A stretch of DNA of 48,072 nt from Nemertoderma westbladi (Eukaryota > Animalia > Xenacoelomorpha). The notes under the pieces are model-generated. The model was not told the origin of the DNA, ran no database searches, and worked only from the letters and a program-made list of their open reading frames with translations. A program made the translations under genes and the position numbers. Within the stretch, counting starts at the first letter, position 1; every line of letters begins with the position of its first letter. The DNA lies in assembly GCA_032718475.1 (NCBI GenBank), contig JAUCBJ010000963.1:1-48072 (forward strand), read 5' to 3'. Below, piece after piece: positions 22,901-34,115 of the stretch.

Positions 22901-25900
22901 AGCAAAATAAATGCAGAAACTAAACAGTAAATAACTTAATATATTCTTAATAAACTTAATATATTCCAGAACCATATATATTATTTAACTTTTAGTAAGG
23001 CAGCATCAGGAGGAAGAGTACAGTAATTTGAACCGCAGAACTACGATAGCAATGTAGTAAAATACTGTAGTAAGAAAAGTACCAATTTAAGAATAAAATT
23101 ACGTATTATATGGGAAAAACGTAGTATATTTTATTCAATATTTTCTCGAACCTTTATTAACTTCGCTGGCGCTCGGTAAATAAAATAACTCGAGAATAGT
23201 GAAAAAAGTTATACTTTTTATTTTCCTAAGTAATAAATAATTAATTATGCTAATAAATTTATTTAATGTGAACGATATACACCCCCCTTCTGTGGGTAGT
23301 GGATACATGACATGCCCACCAAAAATGCTATTCAATTCATTCAGCCAATTTAGTTATATATCTAATTTGAAGTTTATGCAATGTTACCCCTAGCGGCCAA
23401 TATAGGAAAATATAGGAATTTTAGAATGTAAACCATTTAAATAAGTTTGACATCAATTTTCACTAACAAATTCGGGTGCTTTTTTGATGATCGAATCTTA
23501 CGGCGATTGGATTAATTAAGCCTAGAACTACACAACACACATGACACAGTGATGTTTTACCTTGGAGCTTGGGTGTTATTATTCCATTGGGCAAAATAAC
23601 TCCTATTCAATTAATGAATTAAGGGGAATTATCGTTCCAGGTTCAAAAAATTAACAATTTTTTACAAGTGATTCTAAATCAAAATTATTCGCTGATTTCG
23701 ATAATGAAAACCGTTTTACAATAGCTTCTCTGGTTCTCGAGATATTAGGAGACTTAGATATTACCTTCTAAGACAAACCAGATTTTATAATCTTCTAGTG
23801 TACATAATTACTCCTATTACTCCCACTGGTTGACGTAGCTCATTTGGTAAAGCGTTGTTGGGTCGGCGGGTGCAATTGTGTGCGGTGAGAGTAGGGCGAT
23901 AGGTCGGGGAGTATGTGAGGACCTAAGGCGAGGAAGGATGGAGAGTGATAGTTAGTAGAGAGTGTGGAAGTGTACCGGTAGGCGGTAGGGAGTAGAGTGG
24001 TACTTGGGTTGCGCGGATTAGGTTTATTGCTCGGATTCAGTAATTGGTTATTGTTAATTGTGTAAACTGGTTTATATTGTTATATTACATATATATATAA
24101 TAAATGATTGCATTTACGCTAGAAGATATATTGATTATTTAAGTGACTGGGAAGTTTGGGAGAACGTTCGTTGTATTCGATGCTACAAGCTATCACCGCG
24201 AGGCTGCATTTACTTATTTCCTATTACAGTATTAGGCCTACTGTATTACCGGTCAACCGGTAACATAATTTTGACACCGCTAGCCTACCACTGTAGGCCC
24301 TATACTTAACGGACGCGGTACTTTAAATAGCTATAGCATCTGTGCAACCTCAGCTTTAAATAGCTATAGGTGCTCCCCGTATAATAAATGTTTACCTGTA
24401 GTACAATCCACTGTGTCATTTAATGAAATAGTTTGTAATTTATCAGTGGGATTAGATACATTTTGTACTCATTCATTGATTTCACAGGGTTTTTTAGACC
24501 GAAATAATGTAAAGTATGATTATTGTGTAAAGACTCTAAATACTTTAGGTGACAAAGTGCCTTTGGTTGGTATGGTGTCATGTACTTTATTCAATGCACC
24601 AGGTGTTAGCCAGCCAGTAGAACTTCAACTGCATGTTGTCGATACAGAATCACTATTTGGGACGGATGCATTATTTGGTATCGATGCAATTCAACATGTT
24701 GGTGGTATTAACTTATCCTATGACAGGCAGTCTGGTGCAATGGCTGTTTGTTTGACTCAAAGTGTGATCAGTGGTGACAGTAAAGTACAGAGCCTTGGAA
24801 GGCTCCATAGTGAAGTCATTGAAACACCATTACAAAGTAGTGTTTGCTCTGCTGCTTTCCAGGATGCTGGGGGAGACAAAGTGGAAGTGTATGGGCGTGA
24901 TGAGCAGTCTATCAGGGGTGTGAATAGTGAGTTAAACGTTAATGCACCTGAATGGTTCCCCCCCAGACATACTGTTCCGTATCCCCGTCTGGGTAAATTT
25001 GTTAAGGTTGCTAAAAGTGTGAATGGAGATGTCGAACTTGTTGAGAAAGATTTTGTAGTTACATGGCTGAATGAAAAACGATATTGGGAATTGAAATGGA
25101 CATGGAAAGGGGGAAACCCTCCGATAAAACATCTGGGGTCTGGTCTTGGCGATTATGGCATCACTATAGGGCAACCACAAAGTAAACTCCTTAATGCTGA
25201 GGTTAACAAATGGATAGAAAATCGCTGGGTTGAGAAATATGAGAGGGAAATGCATGGGGAACTGAGAGGACTTCTCCCACTCATTCCCGTATTACAGGAA
25301 CACAAAGATACTACTCCTGTGCGACCTGTTTTAGACTATACACCCCTAAATAAGTGTGTTCAAGCTGATCCAGGGCGCCAAGTCGCAGTTTGTGATGAAG
25401 CTGTGCGTAGCTGGCGAAAAATGGGGAATCATACTAGGAGTCTAGACCTATCTAAGGCATACTTACAAATTCATGTTGTAGATTACCTTTGCCTATATCA
25501 TGGTATGCTTTGGGATGGAACCATTTATATTATGAAACGTATGGGATATGGCTTAGAAATTGCACATAAAGTGTTGAATGCTGTTGTACTCTTTGTGTTA
25601 GATACAGCTGGATACTCCCCTGATGAGGTAGAAAAATATGTAGACGACATATATGTCAATGAGGATAAGGTCAAAGTGGAAGACGTTAGGGTTAACCTTG
25701 CATGCTATGGGTTAGTTAACAAAGAACCCACAGATCCAAATGAAATGCGCCTACTTGGCATAGATGTTCAATCCAATAAGTGTGGTGTTTTGCAATGGAA
25801 ACGATTTTTAAAGTCATTACTGTCTGTGCCGCATCCGTTGACCAAACGTCAGCTGTTTTCTTGGTGTAGTAAGATTGTTGCGCACTATCCTGTTGCAAGC

Positions 25901-28900
25901 TATTTACGTGTGTGTTGCAGCTGGCTTAAACGCCAATGCAGCGATGGAATGTGGGACAGTAGTGTTAATGATGTAGTTGAGACATTAGCCCATGATCTAT
26001 ATCATATGATCGAACTCGATGATCCTGTGAAGGGGCAATGGACAGTGCTGGACAAAGATGATACTAAGGTTGACATCTGGGTTGACTCTAGTGATATTGC
26101 ACGAGCAGTTGTTTTGGAAGTTGATGGTGTTGTGGTGGAGGATGGTGCATGGTTCCGAAAATTAAAAGATTCAATGCACATTAACATTGCTGAGCTTGAT
26201 GCAGTTATTGATGGTTTAAATCTTGCAGTAAAGTGGAACTTAGTGACTAAGAACTACAATATATTTACCGATTCAGAGACAGTAAATAGGTGGTTGTGCC
26301 AAATGCTTGGAAATGTACAGCGATTCAAAATAGGGGGACTGTCTGAGGTTATTGTAAAAAGACGTCTGCAAGTGATTGAAGAAATTGTTGACTGTTATCA
26401 TTGGAATATTAATGTTATCAAAGTTGCTTCTAAGGATAATAAGGCTGATCGATTGACCAGAATTCCTGAAAGGTGGAGAAAAATTGTTCGGGCAGTTGAA
26501 CATACTGTTGATGATGATGTTATATGTGCTGGTGCACATTTACCTAAGACCGTTGTTGGAATAGATGTTGGTATAATTTGTGCGAGGCAGGATGCTAATC
26601 TGGAATTAGCTGCCGTGAGACATGCCATAAATACCAATGATTGGAGTGAAGTCTCAAAGCATTGTGTTTATAAAGGTTTGAAGTCGCAGCTGCATGTTGA
26701 TTCATCTGGCTTGCTTTTAAGAGAAGTTAAAATTCCTCCTAATGATGTGGTTGATGTACCTGTGATTCCCAGTGATTTAGAGGCTGATGTCATTAGAAGA
26801 GGTCATTGCTCTTCTGGTCATAGCTGTTGGGAGATATCCAGGAATTATTTACGACGTATATGTTATTTTCCATCCATGGCAATAAAATGTCAGGAATTTG
26901 TAAGCACCTGTAGAGAGTGTTGTTTGGCTAACCCGGTTAAACCAGAAAGTAGTTATCCCTCAGAGAGAACTGTAATAGCTGACCATCCGTGGCAAATTGT
27001 GTTTGTTGATTCTCTCAAGGTGGGTGAATCTTCATTGTTGGTTATGGTTGATTCGCTTTCAAAGTGGGCTGAAGTAGAATTTGTTCCATCTTTGTCTGCA
27101 GCAGACGTGACACCTATATTTCTTAATAAGTGTATACAATGGGGCCCCCCTGAAGTCATTCGTTCTGATGCTGGCCCTGAATTTGTAAATGGTCTGATAA
27201 AAAGTGTGCAGGCCGTGTTCGGTTTTAAAATGTTACACGGTGCAGTTAGAAATCCTCGAAGCCAAGGTGTCGTGGAACGTTACCACCGTACTTTTTTGAC
27301 GATCTTAAGAAAAACTTTGATCAACCGACAAACGAATAGTGGTAAATGCACAGTAGAACAAGATGAGTTAAATTGGATTCTTTATTACTACCGTAATCGT
27401 CCTAATACTTAAATTGGTATATCACCCATGAAAGCCTTTTGTGGTTGGGAACAGGGTGCAATCAATTGGACAAGTGCAAAAGGTTACAGCCCTAGTACAT
27501 GGGTTGGTCACTGTATGAAACTAGCCGCCGAGTTGTTTGATTACTTGGAGCTACAACTCTCAGCATTAGATAATGACCTAAAAATTGTAACAAGGCAGTT
27601 CACTGCGGGGGACAGTGTTTTCTACGAAAAGACCCCAGGGCCGGAAAGGCATTCACTCCCTGGGAAGATGGGTGGATGGTTGTGGGACAGAAGGGACCGG
27701 CTACTTACCTGATAAAGCACAAAAACCATAAACGCCAGCAAAAGATTGTAAATGTAGATTTGTTGAGACACCTGATGAAACAACAAATAAAACTGACATT
27801 ACTCTTAACAACTTTACAACTGGTCCCATTCGAGAAGTAGTTACCGATTCGAATTCATTAGATGAAGTTATTGTTGAATTGGAGTCTCCAAAGCCAAATG
27901 TCCTTGTGGTTGACCATGGTATTGGTGAAGGAGTCTTATCTAGTAGTGAGAGCGATGTTAGTGAGTGTGAGGACACACGTGGGGTTATCACTAGGAGCGG
28001 CCGGATTGTGAAACCTCCAAAATACTATGGTTATTGAGAAAGTACAATTGCAGGGGGAGATGTTGGGTCGGCGGGTGCAATTGTGTGCGGTGAGAGTAGG
28101 GCGATAGGTCGGGGAGTAGGTGAGGACCTAAGGCGAGGAAGGATGGAGAGTGATAGTTAGTAGAGAGTGTGGAAGGGTACCGGTAGGCGGTAGGGCAGTA
28201 GAGTGGTTTGGGGGTTCAGATTCTTGGTAGAGGATATTAAAATTTCTGTAATAATTTTTATTTGAAATTTTAAAGGTACCGGCCAAGTATAGGAACATAT
28301 TTGTATTTTTAAATTTCAAATTTCCCTCCAAATATATATGACTAACGCTTTTATCCTGCAAACTAGAAAGCCAGCAAGCTGGCTTTAAACGAACCTGCCC
28401 CTCAAACCAGTTCCCTGAGTGAGCGAAAATGAAAACACGAAAATTGCCATAGACTCATTGATAGCAACACCAGCTGCTGGTACTCATGAGGGCCTAGCCT
28501 AGTAAGCTACTACTATTGATTGAAGGGATAGGCCCAAACTGCACAGAAGTAGGCTTATATTACTTGCTAAAATATATTATTCTCTCACTCTATCCCAAAC
28601 AGTAATCAAACATCAACTGTTAGTTTGGATAATGTATTACCCCGACAGCTGAATAGCTCTTCCCAGTGAATCCTATGGGAATATCTATAAGGTTACTACT
28701 ACTCACTGCTATGTTAGGTGGGGGGCCAGCTGATTGAATTTTAAGCACTGGGCCGTTCAAATGTTTTATAGAATAAATGAGATGTTGTATAATGAATGGG
28801 GAGGGACCCAACTACACTACGTTTGTCAATGGACGGTCTCTTTATAGCCAGCTGGCTGGTTTTCTAGTTGAATCATATTATTCTGCAACCAATAATTTAC

Positions 28901-31900
28901 TCCTTTAGACGAATTTGTGCATTTGTTTGCCGGACTAACAAATTTTGGCGACGTTCTGTGCGAGATTGGCGATATTTGAAAAGATTCTGAGACTCAAATA
29001 TGTTGCTCAAATGACTGAATAGCCCAAATAAAAAAAGTTGGTGAATACTCGACGAGTCGAATCGGTGAAATTCGACATTAAATTTTCAAACCCGCTATTT
29101 TTCACTGACCCCTTGATGTAAACGCCACAAAAAAAATATACAGTCTTGTGCGCAACCAAAATTATGTAGAGGTTGTTATTAAAATTTTCGTGTACCTGCT
29201 TGAGTTTTTGAGATATTGGATGGTTATACACACACACACACACACAAACACATCGTGTTTTTCAACGGCTCAACTCTTGACAAGAACAAGAACTACCCTG
29301 GCCTATTAATAGGCAGGTTCGTTATAATATCCAATATGGGGGGTGGGGGGGTAACAGGAATCATTTGTGTGACGGGGGTGGGGGGTAACAGGAATGGGTG
29401 GGGGGGGGGGGGGGGTAACAGGAATGACGCGCAACGGGAATCAATAAGTGAGTCGGCCAGTCGGCGGGGTAACAGGAATGGGGGGGGGGGGGGGTTAACA
29501 GGAATGGTCGGGGGGGGGGGGGTAAGTGTAAATTCTGGGGGGGGGGGGGGGGGGGTAACAGGAATGGGGGAAGGGAGGTAACTGGAATACACGCAATTCT
29601 GATTAGGGGTGTGGAGGGCGTGACCTGTACCACAGTTAGACACTTCTTACTGTTGACATTATAATATCATTTTACAGACTTGTTTCGGGATTTCACTACG
29701 ACCTTTGGATGTCAAGGTTTAAGCGCACAAACAAGGGTCAATTACACTCTCAACGATTTCCATCTGAGCGAGGGTAGGGACGGATACACTCGTCTGTTAT
29801 CGCCTCCACCGTGCAGAGATTCCGTCACTTTTTGTGAGAGGTTGGAGGAAGAAGGAGTATGTGAGAAAAACCCTGCCTATAGTTGGAACAACTGCGCGAA
29901 AACATGTCATTGGTGTTTCCGAATTAGTTAGTAAAATATTTTTAGAAATATTAAAATGATCTTAGGTATATGAGGTTCTTCTATTAATGGGTGTAACAAT
30001 TATTGTAGAAAGTATTGGTTGTAAAAATAACCATTAATTGGTGTTTCCGAATTAGATAGTAAAATATATCTTTGATATTAAGTGACGACAGCTTCTAAGC
30101 TTCCCAGTGAATGGAATGTAGACGGGCTGTCCAATACATTATTCTCACACAGACAGTCCGCAAAGATACGCCGGTGCTTATTGCTATCGGGGTCCCAAAC
30201 TCCAACTGGCGGCGTTAAATTCAACAATAGTTGTATTGGCTGCTCTGAAATAGTATAGTGGCAATCAAGCAAACCTGTAGCCCACGACTCTTCTCAGCAG
30301 TCTAGAAATATCAAAATCTAAACGTTTGCCAACCACTCACTCCCCTACACCGATATGCTGAAAGATGCACCTAAATCAGTCACACCATCGCACCCCGTAA
30401 CACATCCACAGTTGACGATTGTCCATATACCTCGTCTTTCCATCTACATTACCAAAACCACTGTGGTTTAGCGGACGTCTGAAGAATGTCTATGATATAA
30501 TATTACTAGTCGTGTGGCCGTGGTAGGTTTGTTTGAATAGATTGAAACGTGTTTGATATATCTATTGTACTATTATTTCTGATATTTTCAGACACACCTG
30601 ATCCTCCAACCCATTTGTCGTTGAACACATTGACAACAGGTCTTGTTGGAATCAAATGGCTGGCAGCTTACAACGGTGATTTGCCTGTATCATATAAAAT
30701 CAAGGTAAAAGACACTCGTTTCATGTTGGGTGGTGGTTCAAATGAAACTGAAGATATGGTAAATGGGTTCATAGATTGGATGACCTTCCATACCGATCAG
30801 ACTATGTTTGCTATACCTGGATTAATACCCAAAGTGGTCTACAAATTCCGAATCCAAACTCTACACGCATATGCGAAGAGTGTATTCACAGAAGCGGTCG
30901 TATACTCCCCGGAATTTGTAGCTGGTGAGTAATTATTAATATCAGCCACATTCAACTTCAGATAGGGAACAGGAACTCTCAAGTTGATGCTATGTTCAGC
31001 CATTTTCTGCCAAGTTCTGAAGAAGCCGTCAGCACGCAATGCTGTCAAAGGAAATATGTTGGCTCGTGAATGGCTCATCGTATTGATATTGATATCCGCA
31101 ACCACAAGAATACCCTCAAGTTGTATCTCCCACGGACTGTTTCTTTTTGCAGGTACAACTGAGGAATGCGAACAAGTTACCCCAGCCTACGGTGCTGCTA
31201 TAGAAATAGTAGTGGTTTTAGCTGTTTTGCTGGCGGTTGCTGCATTAATTATCTTAGTATTAGTAGTCCGACTTCGACGAATGCAACACAAATGCGGATC
31301 TAATTTTAAACTCCACAAGACAACAAATGGATTTACTTCAAAGCATCCAAATCTAACGATGGTATCATCAACTTCATCAACTGCTGAATTACTACCAATG
31401 GCCCCAAAAAGTCCATTTAAGTAAGTTTACTTTAATTACACAAAGTGAGTTGGAGAGGTTTTGAAGTGGATAAAATGGCTGTCGGATTGACACAATAACA
31501 GTTGAGTTAACAAATTTTGTATTATCTTGTTATTTCTTGTAGTACAAATCTTGTATATGTATATATTTGCTATGCCATGCCGAATATGTAAACGTAATAC
31601 AGCTAAACGGACAGTTGGTAATAATAGTACATCATAATAATGCTAGGTGATGTCAGGAGAGAACCTAAAACAAATTGAAATAGTTTTATTTTCTTTTTAT
31701 AATTTTTTTACAGACATCCAGAGATGTAATTATTATAATCAATAAACAAAATCGACGAATCGGGGAAATCTGACTACAACCGACAGCCAACAACCACAGG
31801 CAGCAACCGACAGCCGACAACCACAACATATTATCGTTATAAACGTTGAGCCAGAGAGGAGAGGGGACGCACAAGGGGTTGTCGGATGTCGATTGTTGGC

Positions 31901-32406
31901 GGTCGGTTGTCGGTTGTCGGCTGTGGTTATCGTTTCTCGGTTATGGTCTCAAACCCGCAGGGATGGTGATTGTCTCAGGAGTTCTATATGCATCACCACG
32001 GATAGTGATTATTCACATAATGGCTTATATTGTGCCAATATCTGTAAAACTTCCATCGATTTCGCATATTTCAAGTGGGAAATGAATTTCTGTTAAAAAT
32101 TTCTAGATATATTATAGAACAATTAGCAAAAGGAAATAATAAAAATATTTTTGATCTTTAGCTGTTTTGATTCAACAATTAACATTAATATTATAATTTA
32201 ATCCTATCTGAAATATATTATATTATTTTATTTATTTATGATAAGCTCTTAATTATACTGTTTTCAGAGAACGGCTACAGAGAAACTTGAAATCTATACA
32301 ACAACATGTTAATCCAACCAAGAACCTGCAGACAGTACCGGAAGAAGGTATCAGCAATCCGTCGTACCACATAGAAACCAACCTAGATGACGATGGCCCA
32401 GTGTAG
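19363..32406 (+). CDS. Predicted type I membrane zinc metalloprotease: signal peptide - lethal-factor-like zincin - ShKT - FN3 - TM - NPxY tail (~639 aa, 7 exons)
   Basis: Exons 19363-19932, 20225-20411, 21266-21439, 29678-29926, 30592-30924, 31153-31420, 32268-32406; all introns GT..AG with phases 0,1,1,1,1,2; total 1920 nt with no internal stop. Start codon uncertain (possible acceptor at 19414). Confidence 0.85.
20225..20411 (+). CDS. Exon 2: catalytic zinc-binding motifs
   Basis: DPYSGEDIFVHELAHGIH...GLWYDTYAATNSNEYFAE; acceptor ctcaag|, donor g|gtaggg. Confidence 0.9.
21266..21439 (+). CDS. Exon 3: zincin C terminus
   Basis: VTQSYFGVNGEGGSNRPDGVHNHITDRYKLLEYDHFAMSIINATFPC; ttttag| and g|gtttgt. 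Confidence 0.88.
21816..22391. mobile_element. Solo LTR (576 bp), TG...CA, 5-bp TSD CGGCT
   Basis: cggct|tgtaagcgg ... cccgtcaca|cggct; interrupts a unit of the 68-bp repeat family. Confidence 0.8.
22392..22800. repeat. Dispersed copies of the 68-bp repeat family in inverted arrangement
   Basis: ttctaaccaaaacaataaacgat twice (22399, 22468) and the opposite orientation ttttggttagaaaagc at ~22747; same family as 38057-38410. Confidence 0.7.
23856..28207 (+). mobile_element. LTR retrotransposon with PR-RT-RH-IN order, lacking a full gag, 3' LTR truncated; lies in intron 3 of the metalloprotease gene
   Basis: LTRs start tgttgggtcggcgg at 23856 and 28061 (3 differences over ~146 nt); PPT gcagggggaga at 28050-28060. 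Confidence 0.9.
24413..28037 (+). pseudogene. pol: Pol polyprotein (protease, RT, RNase H, integrase); nonsense codon at 27410-27412 and a later frameshift
   Basis: LDTF (degenerate DTG), LDLSKAYLQI, YVDDI, WVDSS/HINIAEL/FTDS/NKAD, HCSSGH..CREC, IRSDAGPEF, SQGVVER; ends TRSGRIVKPPKYYGY*. Confidence 0.9.
28361..28869. mobile_element. MITE with imperfect ~38-bp TIRs
   Basis: aactagaaagccagcaagctggctttaaa / tttatagccagctggctggttttctagtt. Confidence 0.7.
29336..29582 (+). repeat. G-run tandem repeat (Gn-TAACAGGAAT)n, G-quadruplex potential
   Basis: Several runs of 10-20 G separated by taacaggaat. Confidence 0.8.
29678..29926 (+). CDS. Exon 4: linker and ShKT domain
   Basis: CRDSVTFCERLEEEGVCEKNPAYSWNNCAKTCHWC (6 Cys in ShK spacing ending CxxTCxxC); tttacag| and a|gttagt. 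Confidence 0.88.
30592..30924 (+). CDS. Exon 5: fibronectin type III domain
   Basis: PDPPTHL...IKWLAAYNGDLPVSYKI...IPGLIPKVVYKFRIQTL; phase 1-1 exon. Confidence 0.88.
31153..31420 (+). CDS. Exon 6: transmembrane helix and juxtamembrane tail
   Basis: IVVVLAVLLAVAALIILVLVV followed by RLRR; ttgcag| and aa|gtaagt. Confidence 0.88.
32268..32406 (+). CDS. Exon 7: cytoplasmic tail with NPxY
   Basis: KERLQRNLKSIQQHVNPTKNLQTVPEEGISNPSYHIETNLDDDGPV*; ttttcag| in phase 2. Confidence 0.8.
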
Positions 32407-33162
32407 CACGAGATTTATAACCCGCTAGCATTAATAATGCATATATATAGTCGGTTTAACTGGTTGTTTCTCATTAAAATATATGTGAATGATTAATTAT
32501 TATCGGTTTAGGAATCAAAAAGCCAAATTTAATTAACTTAATTTATGTTACAGAAGCAAAAATCGAAGTCTGACCTAAAGTTCATACGAGCAACCTCTAT
32601 TGCGGAAAATGGTTTTAGCAACATATCACACCCCCCCCCCCCCCTCCCCCACACCCGACATTATTTTAGAAAAATGTCGCACACGCCGTAACCCCCCCCC
32701 CCCCCCCCCCCCCCCCCCTACACCACCATTTATGATTTATGCACCCAATTGTTACGCATCTTGGTTTGTCTTTGGGTATATGGGTAAAAAACTTGTAGAT
32801 AAAGCAAATTGCCTGAGCAACATTTGTTCGTGTGAGGTGTGGCCTGCAACAAATTCTGAAACAGGTTGCTGCTATAATTGTTTCCTTTGTTGTAAGAGCA
32901 CACTAATTATGGCGATGAAATGTTGTTTTAATAAATAATATAAATAATATGTTGTTTTTAGTATTATGTGAACCCCATTGCATAGATGCATAATATATTA
33001 CCGGTATGTTAATTAATATTATTAATATTAATATTAATATTATTATATTTTTTATTTATTAAATACATTTATTAAAATGTACTATTAATTGGTGCGTAAG
33101 TAAGCCATTACTTATTTCTTAAATTTATCCGGTTAATTCAGTTGAATTTCATTCAAATATCT

Positions 33163-33690
33163 CTTGAAGTCGTGGTTACGAACTCCACTTGAAGTCGTGG
33201 TTACGAACACCACTTGAAGTCGTGGTTACGAACTCCACTTGAAGTCGTGGTTACGAACTCCACTTGAAGTCGTGGTTACGAACTCCACTTGAAGTCGTGG
33301 TTACGAACTCCACTTGAAGACGTGGTTACGAACTCCACTTGAAGTCGTGGTTACGAACTCCACTTGAAGTCGTGGTTACGAACTCCACTTGAAGTCATGG
33401 TTACGAACTCCACTTGAAGTCGTGGTTACGAACTCCACTTGAAGTCGTGGTTACGAACTCCACTTGAAGTCATGGTTACGAACTCCACTTGAAGTCGTGG
33501 TTACAAACTACACTTGAAGTCGTGGTTACGAACTCCACTTGAAGTCGTGGTTACGAACTCCACTTGAAGTCGTGGTTACGAACTCCACTTGAAGTCGTGG
33601 TTACAAACTCCACTTGAAGTCGTGGTTACGAACTCCACTTGAAGTCGTGGTTACGAACTCCACTTGAAGTCGTGGTTACGAACTCCACTT
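33163..33690. repeat. 25-bp minisatellite, ~21 copies
   Basis: (cacttgaagtcgtggttacgaactc)n with rare substitutions and no spacers. Confidence 0.95.
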
Positions 33691-33743
33691 TAGAGAGACA
33701 GGTAAATTGTCCTTTCGGCATGAAAGCTACAAAGTGACCGTTG

Positions 33744-33795
33744 CATATTGCTCCCCTACGACATATTGCTCCCCTACGACATATTGCTCCCCTAT
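33744..33795. repeat. 18-bp tandem repeat x3
   Basis: catattgctcccctacga. Confidence 0.85.
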
Positions 33796-34115
33796 CTGAA
33801 GTCGACATCTACGGTCTGCGCTTGCCGATAAATAAATGTAAATACCAGTTAGACCAACTAGCAGAACAGTACATGTAACTGCAAAATCTAAACTTACCAA
33901 GAAATTCCGACTGACTGAACGTGTCAGTAACGTGAACGTAGTTTATATTACCTGGCATAAATGTCTCTCCCAAACATATAATAATATATGTATATATATG
34001 AGTGAAGGCGATGGTATTAGTTTGTGATAAACTAGTTGTAAAAACGGAGATCCATTTCAGTTTGCCCTTATCTGTCATTTGTAAACCTTCAACTAGGGCT
34101 TTTTAAGTTAAGTAT

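Noticed and set aside
24932-27159. Antisense ORFs within pol (also alternative-frame ORFs at 34767-35885)
   Set aside because: Shadow frames of long coding sequence with no independent motifs.
29216-29643. Gly-rich and Pro-rich ORFs (also 32600-32938)
   Set aside because: Artefacts of poly-G and poly-C runs.
30038-30067. Alternative copy of the exon 4 3' end
   Set aside because: Only a ~30-nt local duplication; the donor is mutated (gatagt instead of gttagt).
33163-33690. 25-bp repeat array as a CRISPR array
   Set aside because: Units are head-to-tail with no unique spacers, there are no cas genes, and the context is eukaryotic.
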